Shown piece by piece: positions 1 to 11,515 of a DNA stretch of 64,000 bases (position 1 is its first letter; each line of letters opens with the position of its first letter). This DNA is from Desulfobacterales bacterium (GTDB lineage: Bacteria; Desulfobacterota; Desulfobacteria; Desulfobacterales; UBA2174): NCBI GenBank assembly GCA_963668645.2, contig CAXXWC010000003.1, forward strand, positions 416,001-480,000, read 5' to 3'. Position numbers and translations under genes: made by a program. A model generated the notes under the pieces. The model was given only the letters and a program-made list of their open reading frames with translations, did no database searches and was not told the DNA's origin.

Positions 1-2424
1 AAACTGAAGGGTGGGCAGGGCGCTGACCTTGTGCCGCTCGCCGAAGCGTCCAGGAAGGTGCCCGTCCACGTACATGCTGTCCTTGCCCGAAAGCAGCGGT
101 ATGGCGTAGGCCAGGCAGGTGTCGCGCAAGGCCCAGCAGGCGCGCACGAGCTGGGCCGCCTTGAAGCGGCCGTCCGGATTCTTTTCGGCATCGTACTGGA
201 TGCTGGGCCAGCAGAAGTTGTCCACGCCGCCGATGTGATCCGGATCCCCGCCTACGGCGATCAAACGCCGCACGGCCTCGTCGATGGTGCAGGCCACCAT
301 GTGATAGGCATCGATGGCCGCATAATGCGGCAACAGGGCCTGGGCGAAGGCCAAACCGCCCTCGGAAGCCAGCACCGGCCGCAGCACGGCCCCATCGCTG
401 GGCACATCACGCCCGACCCCGACCAGGGGTTTGATGACGCTGGTACCCTGGACTTCGTGGTCGTACTGGCGCACGATCCAGTTCTTGGCGCAGATGTTGG
501 GCCTGGCGAGCATCGCCAGCATCAGGCCTTCGTAGTCGGCCGGTTCGGCAAGCACCGGTTCGCTCAACCCGCGCAAGGCCGGAGACTGCCAGTGGGCATC
601 GAAGGTCCACTGGGGAAACCCCGATTCGAGCAGGGACAGGTCCACATAGGCGCAGGTTTTGCCCTCGTAGCGGATCTGCAGCTTGCCCGTATCGGCATAA
701 CGGCCGATAACGGTGCTTTCTACCGCGTGCTGCCGTGAAAGGGCGAGAAAGCGCTCGACGTCCCCGGGCGCCACCGCCACGGTCATGCGCTCCTGGGATT
801 CGCTGACCCAGATCTCCCACTGGTCCAGTCCCGCATACTTGAGCGGCACCTTCTCCAGGTCGATCTGCACCCCGTTGGCAAAGAGGGCCGATTCGCCCAC
901 CGAGGAGGAGAGCCCCCCACCGCCGTTGTCGGTGACGAATCGGATCAGGCCGGCATCCCGGGCCTCGAGCAGGAAATCATGCATTTTTTTCTGGGTGTAA
1001 GGATCGCCGATCTGGACGTGGCCCGCCGGGGTATGCTCGGAAAAGACTTCCGATGAAGCGGTCACACCGTGGATCCCGTCCTTGCCCACGCGCCCCCCGC
1101 ACATGATCACCATGTCTCCGGGCGAAGTGGTCTTGCTCTCGGAGGCCCCGCCTGCCACCATGGCCGGCATGACTCCCAGGGCGGTAACGAAGACCAGGCA
1201 CTTGCCCAGATAGCCGGGATGAAAGAGAACCTGGCCGAATGGGGTAGGAACCCCGCTCTTGTTGCCGCCGTCGCGCACCCCCTCGATCACCCCGTCCAGG
1301 AGCCGCCGCGGATGGAGCCGGGGCACCAGGTCCCCGGCATAATCATAAGGCCCCACGCAGTAGCCATAGGCGCCCATGATCAGGCGTGATCCGAGCCCGG
1401 TGCCCATGGGATCGCGGTAGACCCCCACGATTCCCGTGATCGCCCCGCCGTAGGCCTCCATGTTGGATGGGCTGTTATGGGTCTCGCCGGTGATCGTATA
1501 GTAGTGGTCCGCGTCCAGGCGCCCTACCCCGGCGTTGTCCCAGAGCACCGAGACGACCCAGTCTTTTTTGCGCTTCAGGGCCAGGGTCGGAGCTTCGATG
1601 CAGGTCTTGAAAAGATTGTCCACCGTCTCGGCCTGCCCCGTCTCCAGATCGAGGTAGCGGTAAAGGCCGCGAAACGTATTGTGGTTGCAGTGGTCACTGC
1701 GGGCCTGGGAGATGTATTCGAGTTCGATGTCGGTGGGATCCTGGAGCCCCATCTCCCGGCGGGCCGCCAGCACTTTCGGATTGCGAAAGTAGGCCCGGAT
1801 GGTCGGAATGTCGTTGGGGTTGAGCGCCAGGCCGCGCGCATCGCTGATCTGGCCCAGCTGGGCATCGCTGTCGATGGGCAGCTCGGCCACCGTGGGAGTA
1901 TGGTCCAGAATGACCTTGGGAATAATGATCCCGATCCCTTGGGTCGGATCCCACTTGCTGCGGTTGAAAACGCGCCACTGCTGGATGATGTCGTTGGCCA
2001 AGAGCTGGCCGGCGATGCGGTCTAGATCCGCGCGCTCCAGCCCGGCGGCACGGATGCAGTATCGCCGGGACGTATAGACCGCTTCATGGGGGGCCAAACG
2101 AATGCCTAAACAGTCCTCGATCGCCTCGACCGCCGTGGCGCCCGGGTTGTCCCGCACCCCGGGCCGGTAGCCGACCCAGATGACCCAATCGAACGGTTCG
2201 TCCAGCGGGGTAAAGGCCGACACCTGGGTTACCGGGTTGGTGAAGACCTCGCTGCGGACCTGCTCCAGTTGGCTGGGGCTCAGGTCGGCATCGATGGTCA
2301 GCACCTGGATGGCACGCACCCGGTCGAGGGTCAAACCGAAATAGGCCTTGGCCTTGCGGCGCAGGGCCTCTCCCTCGGCGTCGAAAAGTTCTGGTTTAAG
2401 TGTAATTTCCAATCGATGCGGCAT
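1..2424 (-). CDS. purL: Phosphoribosylformylglycinamidine synthase, synthetase subunit (3' end runs off the left edge)
   Basis: Absent from the ORF track because there is no stop in the window. Manual minus-strand translation from ATG 2424 gives MPHRLEITLKPELFDAEGE; near 1490-1400 it reads TGETHNSPSNMEAYGGAITGIVGVYRDPMGTG, and it also contains SDHCNH, GGRVGKDGIHG and TDNGGGGLSSS, all PurL motifs. Confidence 0.93.
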   Translation of the reverse strand, partial: MPHRLEITLKPELFDAEGEALRRKAKAYFGLTLDRVRAIQVLTIDADLSPSQLEQVRSEVFTNPVTQVSAFTPLDEPFDWVIWVGYRPGVRDNPGATAVEAIEDCLGIRLAPHEAVYTSRRYCIRAAGLERADLDRIAGQLLANDIIQQWRVFNRSKWDPTQGIGIIIPKVILDHTPTVAELPIDSDAQLGQISDARGLALNPNDIPTIRAYFRNPKVLAARREMGLQDPTDIELEYISQARSDHCNHNTFRGLYRYLDLETGQAETVDNLFKTCIEAPTLALKRKKDWVVSVLWDNAGVGRLDADHYYTITGETHNSPSNMEAYGGAITGIVGVYRDPMGTGLGSRLIMGAYGYCVGPYDYAGDLVPRLHPRRLLDGVIEGVRDGGNKSGVPTPFGQVLFHPGYLGKCLVFVTALGVMPAMVAGGASESKTTSPGDMVIMCGGRVGKDGIHGVTASSEVFSEHTPAGHVQIGDPYTQKKMHDFLLEARDAGLIRFVTDNGGGGLSSSVGESALFANGVQIDLEKVPLKYAGLDQWEIWVSESQERMTVAVAPGDVERFLALSRQHAVESTVIGRYADTGKLQIRYEGKTCAYVDLSLLESGFPQWTFDAHWQSPALRGLSEPVLAEPADYEGLMLAMLARPNICAKNWIVRQYDHEVQGTSVIKPLVGVGRDVPSDGAVLRPVLASEGGLAFAQALLPHYAAIDAYHMVACTIDEAVRRLIAVGGDPDHIGGVDNFCWPSIQYDAEKNPDGRFKAAQLVRACWALRDTCLAYAIPLLSGKDSMYVDGHLPGRFGERHKVSALPTLQF

Positions 2425-2658
2425 GTCACGCTTCCAAGTCAAGGGGGTGCCCCGCCTTGGGCGGGATTTGTATGGCCATCAAGACAAAAGTCTTTAACGA
2501 GGCAAAACAGGGCCGAAACACGAATATGCGTAGACTGGCTTATATCCCAAGGGAGCCCTTGCAATCAAGCCGGAGTTGGAAAGCATGGCGAAACAAGTTG
2601 GGCGGCCAGTGGCAAAATGCCGTTCCGATCGGCATGGAGACGGTTGTGGCGGTCTGGG

Positions 2659-3726
2659 TCAGTTGAAGGCGATGCGCACGATGTCGTTGTAAAACACCAG
2701 CACCATGAGCAGCATCAGCAGGAACATCCCGGCCTGCTGGGCCACCTCGCGCACCCGGATGCTCACCGGCCTGCCGCGCAGGGCCTCGATGGCGAAAAAG
2801 AGCAGGTGCCCCCCGTCGAGGACCGGGATGGGAAGGAAATTGAGAATCGCCAGATTGACGCTGATCAGGGCAGTAAAAAACATCAGGTTGACCAATCCTT
2901 CCCGTGCCTGCTGGCCTGCCATCTCGGCGATCATGATCGGCCCGCCGAGAGTCTTGGCCGACAAGGTCCCGGTAATGATCTTGGCCACGCTGACCACGGT
3001 CAGTTTGGTGATGGTGTAGGTCTGGGTGAAGGCCGCCGCGACGGCCGCGAAAGGTCCGACGCGCCGGGTTTCGATTTCTCCGGCGGCCGTGATCCCGATG
3101 ACGTAGCGGTCCTGGGATTCACCGAAAAGGTTCGGTGTTTGACGCACTTCGGGCTGGATCGGCACCGTCCGGATCTCACCCTCACGCCGGTAGGCCACAT
3201 CGAGCCGGCGGCCCTGGCTTGCGCCGATCAGACGCGCCATCTGCTCCCAATCGGCCACCGGCGTTCGGTCAATGGCCACGATGCGATCCCCCTGGCGCAA
3301 CCCGGCCTGGGCGGCCGGGGAAGCGGCCGTAACTTGGCCCACGGTGGGCAGCAGGATCGTCATGCCTGCGATTTGAAAAACCAGATAAAAGATCACGACT
3401 GCCAGCAGGAGATTAAAAAAGGGACCGGCACCCACGATGGCCATGCGCTGAATAACCGGTTTGTGGGTAAACGACAGGGGAATTTCGTCAGGATCGATGG
3501 GGCTGTCAGGCTCCTCCCCCACCATTTTGACGTAGCCGCCCAGGGGAATGGCCGAAATACGATAGTCGGTCCGCCCCACCCGCCGGCCGGCCAACCGCGG
3601 TCCGAACCCGAGAGAAAACTTCTCCACCCCGACCCCGAAAAGCCGCGCCACCAGAAAATGGCCCAACTCGTGAAAGAAGATCAGCACGCCCAGAACCACC
3701 ACGAATGCCAGAATGCTTACACTCAT
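2659..3726 (-). CDS. rseP: RIP metalloprotease RseP (M50, PDZ)
   Basis: HELGH, PLGGYVKM, NFLPIPVLDGG; canonical position after dxr. Confidence 0.97.
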   Translation of the reverse strand: MSVSILAFVVVLGVLIFFHELGHFLVARLFGVGVEKFSLGFGPRLAGRRVGRTDYRISAIPLGGYVKMVGEEPDSPIDPDEIPLSFTHKPVIQRMAIVGAGPFFNLLLAVVIFYLVFQIAGMTILLPTVGQVTAASPAAQAGLRQGDRIVAIDRTPVADWEQMARLIGASQGRRLDVAYRREGEIRTVPIQPEVRQTPNLFGESQDRYVIGITAAGEIETRRVGPFAAVAAAFTQTYTITKLTVVSVAKIITGTLSAKTLGGPIMIAEMAGQQAREGLVNLMFFTALISVNLAILNFLPIPVLDGGHLLFFAIEALRGRPVSIRVREVAQQAGMFLLMLLMVLVFYNDIVRIAFN

Positions 3727-4889
3727 CGTAATTTTCCGATATGTTCGGCGGTCCAGCGCCGGGCCCAGCCGTCGGCCGCCAGTATTTCGTCCAGATCACT
3801 GCCAGAACCGGGCCGGTGGGCTTCAAGGGCACCGGCCACGCAGCGGGCGATCGCGGTGAAAGCGATGCGCCGATCCAAAAAGGCCTCAACCGCCACCTCG
3901 TTGGCCGCGTTGAGCACAGCCGGCAGCGTCCCTCCGGCCCGACCGGCCCCAAAGGCCAGATCCAGGCAGGGAAAACGCGACAGATCCGGAGCTTCGAAGG
4001 TTAAAGCCTCCATGGCAGCCCAGTCGGGAAGGGCCTGGTGCAACGCCATACGTTCAGGGTAGGACAGGGCGTAGGCGATGGCCGTGCGCATATCGGGAAT
4101 CCCGAGTTGGGCCATGACGGATCCGTCCCGGAAGGCCACCATCGAATGGATGATGCTCTGGGGATGGACCACCACCTCGATGCGATCGAGGGCGAGACCG
4201 AAAAGATGACCGGCCTCGATCACTTCGAGTCCTTTGTTCATCAAAGTGGCCGAATCGATGGTGATCTTGGCGCCCATCTGCCAATTGGGATGGCGCAGGG
4301 CTTCTTGGGGCCCGATGGCGTCGAACCGCTCGGCCGGCCACGTGCGGAAAGGGCCGCCGGAGGCGGTCAGCAGGATCCGATCCACGTCTGCCGACCGATT
4401 GCCGGCCAGACATTGAAAAATGGCGCTGTGTTCACTGTCGATGGGCAAGAGCCTCACCCGGCGGGCCTTGATCCGCTCCATGACCAGGTCACCGGCCATA
4501 ACCAAGGTTTCCTTGTTGGCCAGGGCTACATCGCGGCCGGCCTCGATAGCCGCCAGGGTCGGCATCAGACCGGCCGCCCCCACCATGGCGGCCACCACCG
4601 TATCGGCCTCGATCCGGGCGGCGGTGCAGTACCCTTCCGCTCCTTGGGCGATCGTCACATCCAGGTCCCGGGGAAGCTGCCGGTGCAGGGCATCGGCCCC
4701 CTCGGCATCCAAAACCACCGCCAGCTCGGGTCGAAAGGCAATGACCTGCTGTGCCAGGCGTTCAATGTTGCGGGCCGCGGTCAGCGCCCGCACCACAAAG
4801 CGCTCCGGAAAACGGGCCACGACATCGAGCGTGCTCGTGCCGATGGAACCGGTGGAACCGAGGATTGTAAGGCGTTTTGGGGTTGACAT
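3723..4889 (-). CDS. dxr: 1-deoxy-D-xylulose 5-phosphate reductoisomerase
   Basis: LGSTGSIG, LANKE, PIDSEHSA, HPNWQMGAKITIDSATLMNKGLE. Confidence 0.98.
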   Translation of the reverse strand: MSTPKRLTILGSTGSIGTSTLDVVARFPERFVVRALTAARNIERLAQQVIAFRPELAVVLDAEGADALHRQLPRDLDVTIAQGAEGYCTAARIEADTVVAAMVGAAGLMPTLAAIEAGRDVALANKETLVMAGDLVMERIKARRVRLLPIDSEHSAIFQCLAGNRSADVDRILLTASGGPFRTWPAERFDAIGPQEALRHPNWQMGAKITIDSATLMNKGLEVIEAGHLFGLALDRIEVVVHPQSIIHSMVAFRDGSVMAQLGIPDMRTAIAYALSYPERMALHQALPDWAAMEALTFEAPDLSRFPCLDLAFGAGRAGGTLPAVLNAANEVAVEAFLDRRIAFTAIARCVAGALEAHRPGSGSDLDEILAADGWARRWTAEHIGKLR

Positions 4890-4907
4890 GGCCTTATCTG
4901 GAAGTGA

Positions 4908-5717
4908 TCAGAATATAAAGGACCGAAAGATGTAGACCACAGGTATGGCGAACAGCAGGGCGTCGATGCGATCGAGCATCCCGCCGTGGCCCGGCAGGAT
5001 GCTGCCAGAGTCCTTGATCCCGCCGATGCGCTTGAGCATCGATTCAAATAAATCGCCGAAAGGTGCCACCACGCCGACGAGCAGCACCAGCACCAGCGTG
5101 GTGTCCCAGGGAAGGCCGGGCAAAAACAGGGCCTTGAAAACAGCCCCCACGATCAGACTGGCGCCCAGTCCGCCCAGGGCACCCTCGATTGTCTTTTTGG
5201 GGCTGACATTCGGGCACAGCTTATGACGCCCGAGGTACGAGCCGGCGTAAAAAGCGCCGATGTCGCCGACAAAAACCAAAAAGAGGAGCCAGAAGACCCA
5301 GGCGATGCCCGAAGGGCCTTTGCGGATCAGCACGACCAGCGCCAGCGGGAGGGCGATATAGACGATGCCGAACACTTGACGCGCGACGCGGCCGACGGCC
5401 ACCGGCCGGCCCAGAGCGTATCCCATGGTCTGGACGATGCCCACCGCGATCAGGCTCAAGCCCACGGCGCCGGCAATCAAGGCCGGAGCGTTCAGTTGAG
5501 CGCAGAGTACGACGATCGCCCCCAGGGCCAGAACCATCATGGAAGATAGATTGCGATGGGTCCCGGGCGCGTCGGTGGACACGATGCGCAGATATTCGTA
5601 GAGGCTCATAAGGCAGACCGCCACCACGAAAAGTGCCAGAGGCAGTTCACCGACCCAGATAAAAAAGATAAGGGCCGGCAGCAACGCTAACCCGGTGATC
5701 CAACGCATGCGGTGCAT
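4908..5717 (-). CDS. cdsA: Phosphatidate cytidylyltransferase
   Basis: Hydrophobic; SPKKTIEG, GDLFESMLKR..GIKDSGSILPGHGGMLDRID. Confidence 0.97.
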   Translation of the reverse strand: MHRMRWITGLALLPALIFFIWVGELPLALFVVAVCLMSLYEYLRIVSTDAPGTHRNLSSMMVLALGAIVVLCAQLNAPALIAGAVGLSLIAVGIVQTMGYALGRPVAVGRVARQVFGIVYIALPLALVVLIRKGPSGIAWVFWLLFLVFVGDIGAFYAGSYLGRHKLCPNVSPKKTIEGALGGLGASLIVGAVFKALFLPGLPWDTTLVLVLLVGVVAPFGDLFESMLKRIGGIKDSGSILPGHGGMLDRIDALLFAIPVVYIFRSFIF

Positions 5718-5723
5718 GGGGCT

Positions 5724-6470
5724 TCAGACCCGGCCAAAACGCCGCTCCCGGCGCTGGAAGGCGTTGAGAATGGCAGTGAATTCGTCGACGGAAAAATCCG
5801 GCCAGAGGGTGTCGGTGAAAAAAATTTCACTGTAGGCGATCTGCCAGAGGAGAAAATTACTGATGCGCATCTCACCGCTGGTGCGGATCATCAGATCCGG
5901 ATCCGGCATGTCGGCGGTAAACAGACGGGCGGCAACCCGCTTTTCGTCGATCTGATCGATGCTCAACTGGCCGCCGGCCACCTCTTGCACCAGGTCCCGG
6001 ACCATGGCCGTGATTTCGCTTCGGCCGCCGTAGCTCAGGGCCAGGACCAGCGTCATGCCATCGTTGGCTTGAGTCTGCCGGCATACCCGCTCAACGGCGT
6101 TGCGGGTGGCGGCCGGCAGCCGCTGCGGCTGGCCGATAACGCGCAGCCGGATTTTGTTTTCCATCATCTGCTGCGCTTCGCTGGCCAGGAAGCGCTCGAG
6201 CAACTTCATCAGCGCCTCGATTTCGGCGGCCGGGCGCTCCCAGTTTTCCGTGGAAAAGGCGTAGAGGGTCAGGTACCGGATACCCAGCTCACGGCTGGCC
6301 CGCACGATGCGACGCACCGCTTCGGCCCCCTGTTCATGGCCGCGCACCCGGTTGAGCAATCGTTTACGCGCCCAGCGCCCGTTGCCGTCCATGATGATGG
6401 CCACGTGCACCGGCAACCGCCCGGCCTCCATATCCACCGCAGCAGCGGCGGTTTGGGGGTCAGAACTCAA
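5724..6470 (-). CDS. uppS: Undecaprenyl diphosphate synthase
   Basis: HVAIIMDGNGRWA, YAFSTENW, IRTSGEMRISNFLLWQ. Confidence 0.98.
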   Translation of the reverse strand: MSSDPQTAAAAVDMEAGRLPVHVAIIMDGNGRWARKRLLNRVRGHEQGAEAVRRIVRASRELGIRYLTLYAFSTENWERPAAEIEALMKLLERFLASEAQQMMENKIRLRVIGQPQRLPAATRNAVERVCRQTQANDGMTLVLALSYGGRSEITAMVRDLVQEVAGGQLSIDQIDEKRVAARLFTADMPDPDLMIRTSGEMRISNFLLWQIAYSEIFFTDTLWPDFSVDEFTAILNAFQRRERRFGRV

Positions 6471-7017
6471 GGATTTCCTTTTCTTTGACCTTGATGGTCT
6501 CGTCGATGCGTTTGATAAATTCGTCGGTGATCTTTTGGACCTCGTCCTGAGCCTTGAAAGCCTCGTCTTCGCTGATGTCCCCGTCCTTTTTAAAGGACTT
6601 GAGCATCTCGTTGGTGTCGCGCCGGATGTTGCGCACCGCCACTTTATGGTCTTCGCTCATCTTGTAGACCACCTTGACCAGTTGTTTACGGCGCTCCTCG
6701 GTCAAAGGCGGGATGGCAATCCGCACCACCTTGCCGTCCGAAGAAGGGGTCAAGCCGAGATCGCTTTTAAGCAGAGCCTTTTCGATCTCTTTGATGACGG
6801 ACGTGTCCCATGGTTGGATGACGATCAGGCGGCTTTCCGGGATTGAAAGCGAGGCCATCTGGTTCAGCGCTGTCGGGGTTCCGTAATAATCGACCCGAAT
6901 TCCGTCAAGAAGGCTGAGTGAAGCGCGTCCGGTGCGGACTCGATTCAACTCGTGCTTCAACGCCTCGATGGTCTTTGCCATCCGATCCCGGGTTTCTTCG
7001 TAGAGTTCCTCAATCAT
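6460..7017 (-). CDS. frr: Ribosome recycling factor
   Basis: RTGRA, VDYYG, PPLTEERRK, VAVRNIRR; 185 aa. Confidence 0.98.
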   Translation of the reverse strand: MIEELYEETRDRMAKTIEALKHELNRVRTGRASLSLLDGIRVDYYGTPTALNQMASLSIPESRLIVIQPWDTSVIKEIEKALLKSDLGLTPSSDGKVVRIAIPPLTEERRKQLVKVVYKMSEDHKVAVRNIRRDTNEMLKSFKKDGDISEDEAFKAQDEVQKITDEFIKRIDETIKVKEKEILEF

Positions 7018-7060
7018 TGCGCGTCACGCTCCTGGTCCGGGCAATCCCCTTGGATATGGA

Positions 7061-7801
7061 TCAGACGCCGGCAGCGGCCGCCCGCCGGCTCTCGATCAGT
7101 GTGCCGACCGTCTCACCGCAGACCACCTTGCAGATATTGCCCGGGTTTTTGAGATTGAAGATCGCCAGCGGCAATCCGTTGTCCATGGCCAGCGAGATGG
7201 CGGTCATGTCCATGACCTTGAGCTGTTTTTCCAGCACATCCATATAATCCACATGGCGCAGGAAGCAAGCGTTGGAATCGACCATCGGATCCCGGTCATA
7301 GAGGCCGTCGACCTTGGTCGCCTTGAGAAGAATCTCGGCGTGAATTTCTTCGGCGCGCAAGACTGCTGCCGTATCGGTGGTAAAGTAAGGATTGCCCGTG
7401 CCGGCGGCAAAAATCACCACCCGTCCCTTTTCCAGATGGCGCACCGCCCGGCGCAGGATATACGGCTCGGCCACCTCATGCATGTTGATAGCCGACTGGA
7501 CCCGGGTCTGAATCCCGCTGCGCTCCAGCGCGTCCTGAAGTGCCAGGCTGTTGATCACCGTGGCCAGCATCCCCATATGGTCGGCCGAGGCGCGGTCCAT
7601 GTTGTAAGAGCTGGCGGCAATTCCACGGAAGATATTGCCGCCCCCCACCACCACGGCCACCTGCACGCCGAGGCAATGCACCGTCTGGATTTCGTCGGCC
7701 ACATAGTCCAGAACCTCAGGACTGATCCCGAAATTCTGGTCTCCCATCAGGGCTTCCCCGCTGAGCTTGAGCAGGATTCGTTGGTAGCAGGGTTTATCCA
7801 C
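7061..7801 (-). CDS. pyrH: UMP kinase
   Basis: [30 protein letters not shown] start. Confidence 0.98.
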   Translation of the reverse strand: MDKPCYQRILLKLSGEALMGDQNFGISPEVLDYVADEIQTVHCLGVQVAVVVGGGNIFRGIAASSYNMDRASADHMGMLATVINSLALQDALERSGIQTRVQSAINMHEVAEPYILRRAVRHLEKGRVVIFAAGTGNPYFTTDTAAVLRAEEIHAEILLKATKVDGLYDRDPMVDSNACFLRHVDYMDVLEKQLKVMDMTAISLAMDNGLPLAIFNLKNPGNICKVVCGETVGTLIESRRAAAAGV

Positions 7802-7807
7802 GCTGCC

Positions 7808-8404
7808 TTACTCCCCGACCTGAAAACGGACAAAGCGTTTGACGGTAATGTTCTCGCCGATCTTGGCAATCAGTTGGTTGAGATAGTCGGCGATGCTGAT
7901 TTCCGGATTCTTCACATAGGGCTGATCCATCAGGCAGTTGTCCTTGAAAAACTTGCTCAACTTGCCCTCGACGATCTTGTCGATCATCTTTTCCGGCTTT
8001 CCCGCCTCAAGGGCTTGGCCCCGGTAGATCTCCCGCTCGCGCTGGATGGCATCCTCGGGGACGTCCTCGGCGCGGATCCCCACCGGATTGGTGGCGGCGA
8101 TATGCATGGCGATGTTTTTGGCAAATTCCTGAAAATCTTCATTGCGGGCCACGAAATCGGTCTCGCAGTCGATCTCCACCATCACCCCGAGCTTGCTCCC
8201 GGTGTGGATATAGCTGTGGATAACGCCTTCGCTCAAGGTCCTGCCAGCCCGTTTGGCTGCGGTGGCCAACCCTTTCTTGCGCAGGTAGTCGACCGCCTTT
8301 TCCATGTCGCCTTCACAGGCGCCCAGAGCTTCCTTGCAATCCATCATGCCGGCCCCTGTCTTGGCCCGCAACTCTTTGACCATACTTGCACTGATCGCTG
8401 TCAT
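7808..8404 (-). CDS. tsf: Elongation factor Ts (short form)
   Basis: VKELRAKTGAGMMDCK, CETDFVA; 198 aa. Confidence 0.98.
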   Translation of the reverse strand: MTAISASMVKELRAKTGAGMMDCKEALGACEGDMEKAVDYLRKKGLATAAKRAGRTLSEGVIHSYIHTGSKLGVMVEIDCETDFVARNEDFQEFAKNIAMHIAATNPVGIRAEDVPEDAIQREREIYRGQALEAGKPEKMIDKIVEGKLSKFFKDNCLMDQPYVKNPEISIADYLNQLIAKIGENITVKRFVRFQVGE

Positions 8405-8483
8405 AACGTGATTCTCCCCTCCATGACGCCCGTCCTGATTATGGCCCGGACGTGTAATCTCTTATCATCGCGCCATCCGCAGT

Positions 8484-9350
8484 TCAGTCTTCTGATTCGG
8501 GTGTCTCGGCAAGCGGGGCGCCGCGTTTGATAATTTCGACCACCGGCCCCTGGGTGCCGTCGGAAATCACCTTGCGTTCGCCGGGTTTCATATCGGCGCT
8601 GGCGGCGCTCAACGGATCCTCTTCGGGGACCTCCTCCTTGTCCGTGGCCGCCCGCCGCCGTTCTTCGTAAATCTCACGCCCTTCGACACAGGCCGTGGCC
8701 ATGCGGGAGGCCACCAAGCGGATGGCCCGGATGGCATCATCGTTGCCCGGAATGGGGTAGTCGATCTCTTCCGGATCGCAGTTGGTGTCGATGATGGCCA
8801 CGATGGGGATCCCGAGCCGGCGGCCTTCGCGCACGGCGATGGCCTCGTGCTTGGGATCGATCACGAACATGGCCTGGGGCAGCCGCGTCATGCTCTGGAT
8901 CCCGCCGAGGTTGGCGTCAAGCTTTTCCCGCTCCTTGGCCAGCTTGAGACGCTCTTTTTTCGGAAAGAGTTCGATGGTCCCGTCGTTTTGAATATTGTTG
9001 AGATAGTTGAGTCGATCGATACTCTTCTTGATCGTCTGAAAATTGGTCATCATCCCGCCCAACCAACGATTGTGGACATAGAACATCTCACACCGGTTGG
9101 CCTCCTCGTATATCGATTCGCGGGCCTGTTTCTTGGTGCCCACAAAAAGCAAACTGCCGCCCCCGGCCACCGTATTGCGGATAAAATCATAGGCGGTCTT
9201 GAACATGCGCACCGTCTTTTGCAGATCGATGATGTAGATGCCGTTGCGCGCGCCGAAAATGTAAGGCTTCATCTTGGGGTTCCAACGCTTGGTCTGATGA
9301 CCGAAATGGACCCCGGCTTCCAGCAGTTCTTTCATGGTTACGTAAGCCAT
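8484..9350 (-). CDS. rpsB: 30S ribosomal protein S2
   Basis: [28 protein letters not shown]; start moved to ATG 9350 (MAYVTM), which follows a purine-rich RBS. Confidence 0.98.
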   Translation of the reverse strand: MAYVTMKELLEAGVHFGHQTKRWNPKMKPYIFGARNGIYIIDLQKTVRMFKTAYDFIRNTVAGGGSLLFVGTKKQARESIYEEANRCEMFYVHNRWLGGMMTNFQTIKKSIDRLNYLNNIQNDGTIELFPKKERLKLAKEREKLDANLGGIQSMTRLPQAMFVIDPKHEAIAVREGRRLGIPIVAIIDTNCDPEEIDYPIPGNDDAIRAIRLVASRMATACVEGREIYEERRRAATDKEEVPEEDPLSAASADMKPGERKVISDGTQGPVVEIIKRGAPLAETPESED

Positions 9351-9384
9351 CTTGAATCTTTCCTTCCTGTTGGTTGGTTTTCCT

Positions 9385-9470
9385 TCGCCCGCTTCACTCC
9401 GGCATCCGACCTGCCGCCCCGCCAAAAGGGTACGGCCGGCACCGGGAGACCGGTCCACGGACGTGTGAGC
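9385..9470 (-). promoter_or_regulatory. Probable S2 (rpsB) autoregulatory leader RNA (t44-like)
   Basis: Minus strand reads CUCACACGUCCG...CCGGUGCC...GGAUGCCGG...GCGGGCG: a nested stem with the opposed GGU/GAU internal loop typical of S2 leaders, directly upstream of rpsB. Confidence 0.6.
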
Positions 9471-9525
9471 TCAATCCATGCCTATAAACCGGGAATCAAT
9501 ACCAAATTCCCAAAACCGGTGCAAG

Positions 9526-10443
9526 TCACTTTTCGTTTTTTTCTTCGGGGCGGTCAGCCGTTCGGCCATCCCGCCGGCAGCGCAGGCATACCACCCGCTC
9601 CCGGCCGCCGTAATCCCTTTTGAAAATCACTTCATCGTAGACGGCTGCGGCCGAAGCCAGCGCTTCAACGGCAGGACGTTGGTCAAAGCCCATTTCCAGC
9701 GCCAACCACCCGCCTTGAACCAGATGGGCCGGGGCCGTGTGGACGAGATGACGCAAGTGCGTCAAGCCGTCTTCGCCGCCGTCCAGAGCCAGGCGGGGCT
9801 CGAAGCGCGAAACTTCAGGCTCCAGGGCCTCCAGCCCCCCCCGGGGGATATACGGCGGATTGGAGATGATCAGGTCCCAGCGCGCCCCGAGGGCCAAAGG
9901 GGCAAACCAGTCCCCCACCAGAAACCGGACCCGTCCTTCCAGCCCCAGACGGACCGCGTTGGCTCTGGCCGTGTCGACTGCAGCGCGGCTGCGATCGGTG
10001 GCGGTGTAATGATGCCCGGGACGCTCACTGGCCAAGGCGAGAATCAAGGCACCGGATCCCGTACCCAGGTCGAGAACCCGTTTGGCTTCATTTTCGGCCG
10101 GCAGCAGCCGCAGCCCGGCTTCGACCAGGCATTCGCTGTCCGGCCGGGGAATCAATACCGAAGGATCGACGCCCAGTGGCAAAGACCAGAACTCACGCTC
10201 GGCGGTGATATACGCCACCGGTTCGCGACGCATCCGCCGCTGCACCAGAATCTTGAAGCGGTCTCTTGCAGCCTGATCAACGGGCTGATCGAAACGCATG
10301 TATAGATCGATGCGACGGCATCCCAGGGTATGGGCCAGCAGAATTTCGGCCGTCATGCGAGGACTATCGAGTCCCAGTCGATTGAAATGATCACTGGTCC
10401 AGCGCAGGATGGTTTCGACGGTCCATTCAGTCGGCGACGCCAT
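9526..10443 (-). CDS. prmC: Release factor glutamine methyltransferase
   Basis: [37 protein letters not shown]; overlaps the prfA 3' end; start uncertain (10443 or 10455). Confidence 0.96.
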   Translation of the reverse strand: MASPTEWTVETILRWTSDHFNRLGLDSPRMTAEILLAHTLGCRRIDLYMRFDQPVDQAARDRFKILVQRRMRREPVAYITAEREFWSLPLGVDPSVLIPRPDSECLVEAGLRLLPAENEAKRVLDLGTGSGALILALASERPGHHYTATDRSRAAVDTARANAVRLGLEGRVRFLVGDWFAPLALGARWDLIISNPPYIPRGGLEALEPEVSRFEPRLALDGGEDGLTHLRHLVHTAPAHLVQGGWLALEMGFDQRPAVEALASAAAVYDEVIFKRDYGGRERVVCLRCRRDGRTADRPEEKNEK

Positions 10444-11512
10444 CCGTTCTTTCACCGTGTTGGAGGGCTTCGGCCTGGTGAGAAGCGATCAGCGGCTCGA
10501 TAATATCATCCAGGGCCCCCTGCATGACGCTGTCGAGCTTGTAGAGGGTCAAACCGATGCGATGATCGGTCACCCGCCCCTGGGGGAAGTTGTAGGTGCG
10601 GATGCGCCCGCTGCGATCGCCGCTGCCGACCTGCAGCCGGCGCGTCTCGCTGCGCTTGGCGTTCTGTTCCTGGACCATGTGATCCAGCAAACGGGCCCGA
10701 AGCACCTTGAGGGCCTTGGCCTTGTTCTTGTGCTGGGATTTTTCGTCCTGGCAGGTCACCACCAGGCCGGTGGGCAGATGGGTGATGCGCACGGCCGAGT
10801 CCGTGGTGTTGACGCTCTGGCCTCCCGGACCGGTGCTGCGGTAGACATCGACCTTGAGATCTTTCGGATCGATGGCCAGTTCGATCTCCTCGGCTTCGGG
10901 CAAAACGGCCACGGTCACCGCCGAAGTGTGGATCCTGCCCTGGGTCTCGGTGGTGGGCACCCGCTGGACCCGGTGGATCCCGCTTTCAAACTTGAGCCGG
11001 CTGTATGCCCCGCGGCCGGTAATGGTGGCGATGATCTCCTTGAACCCCCCGCCGCCGGTGGCGTGGTGGGTCATCACCTCCACCTTCCAGCGCTTGTTTT
11101 CGGCATAGCGGCCGTAGGTGCGAAACAAATCGGCGGCAAACAGGGCCGCCTCTTCGCCGCCCGTCCCGGCACGGATCTCCAGGATGACGTTTTTCTCGTC
11201 GGACGGATCCTTGGGGATCAACAGCTGCTTGAGGGTCGTCTCGATACTGTCCTGTTCATCCGCCAGCCGATTGATCTCTTCGCGGGCCATGGTCTTGATG
11301 GAAGGATCCGGATCCCGCAACAATTCCTGGCTTTCGTCCAGTTCCGCCAGGATTTTGCGGTACTGCCGGTAAACCCCCACCACCTCGGCCAGCTCGGCGT
11401 GCTCGCGGCTGTGCTTCTGATACTCATCGCGATCCGCAATAATCTGCGGGTCGGCCATCAGCCGCTCGAGCAGATCATAGCGCTCGGCGATTCCCTGTAG
11501 CTTCTCAAGCAA
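10427..11512 (-). CDS. prfA: Peptide chain release factor 1
   Basis: [17 protein letters not shown] (PxT), [11 protein letters not shown] start. Confidence 0.98.
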   Translation of the reverse strand: MLEKLQGIAERYDLLERLMADPQIIADRDEYQKHSREHAELAEVVGVYRQYRKILAELDESQELLRDPDPSIKTMAREEINRLADEQDSIETTLKQLLIPKDPSDEKNVILEIRAGTGGEEAALFAADLFRTYGRYAENKRWKVEVMTHHATGGGGFKEIIATITGRGAYSRLKFESGIHRVQRVPTTETQGRIHTSAVTVAVLPEAEEIELAIDPKDLKVDVYRSTGPGGQSVNTTDSAVRITHLPTGLVVTCQDEKSQHKNKAKALKVLRARLLDHMVQEQNAKRSETRRLQVGSGDRSGRIRTYNFPQGRVTDHRIGLTLYKLDSVMQGALDDIIEPLIASHQAEALQHGERTDGVAD

Positions 11513-11515
11513 AGA

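Noticed and set aside
31..2077. Several plus-strand ORFs and short minus-strand ORFs at the left end
   Set aside because: They are shadows of purL, which occupies 1-2424 on the minus strand and was missed by the ORF track because it has no stop in the window.
2425..2658. Possible purine, ZTP or PRPP riboswitch upstream of purL
   Set aside because: Only a short CCCGCC/GGCGGG hairpin is visible; I could not match the conserved cores of those riboswitches. An Rfam scan would settle it.
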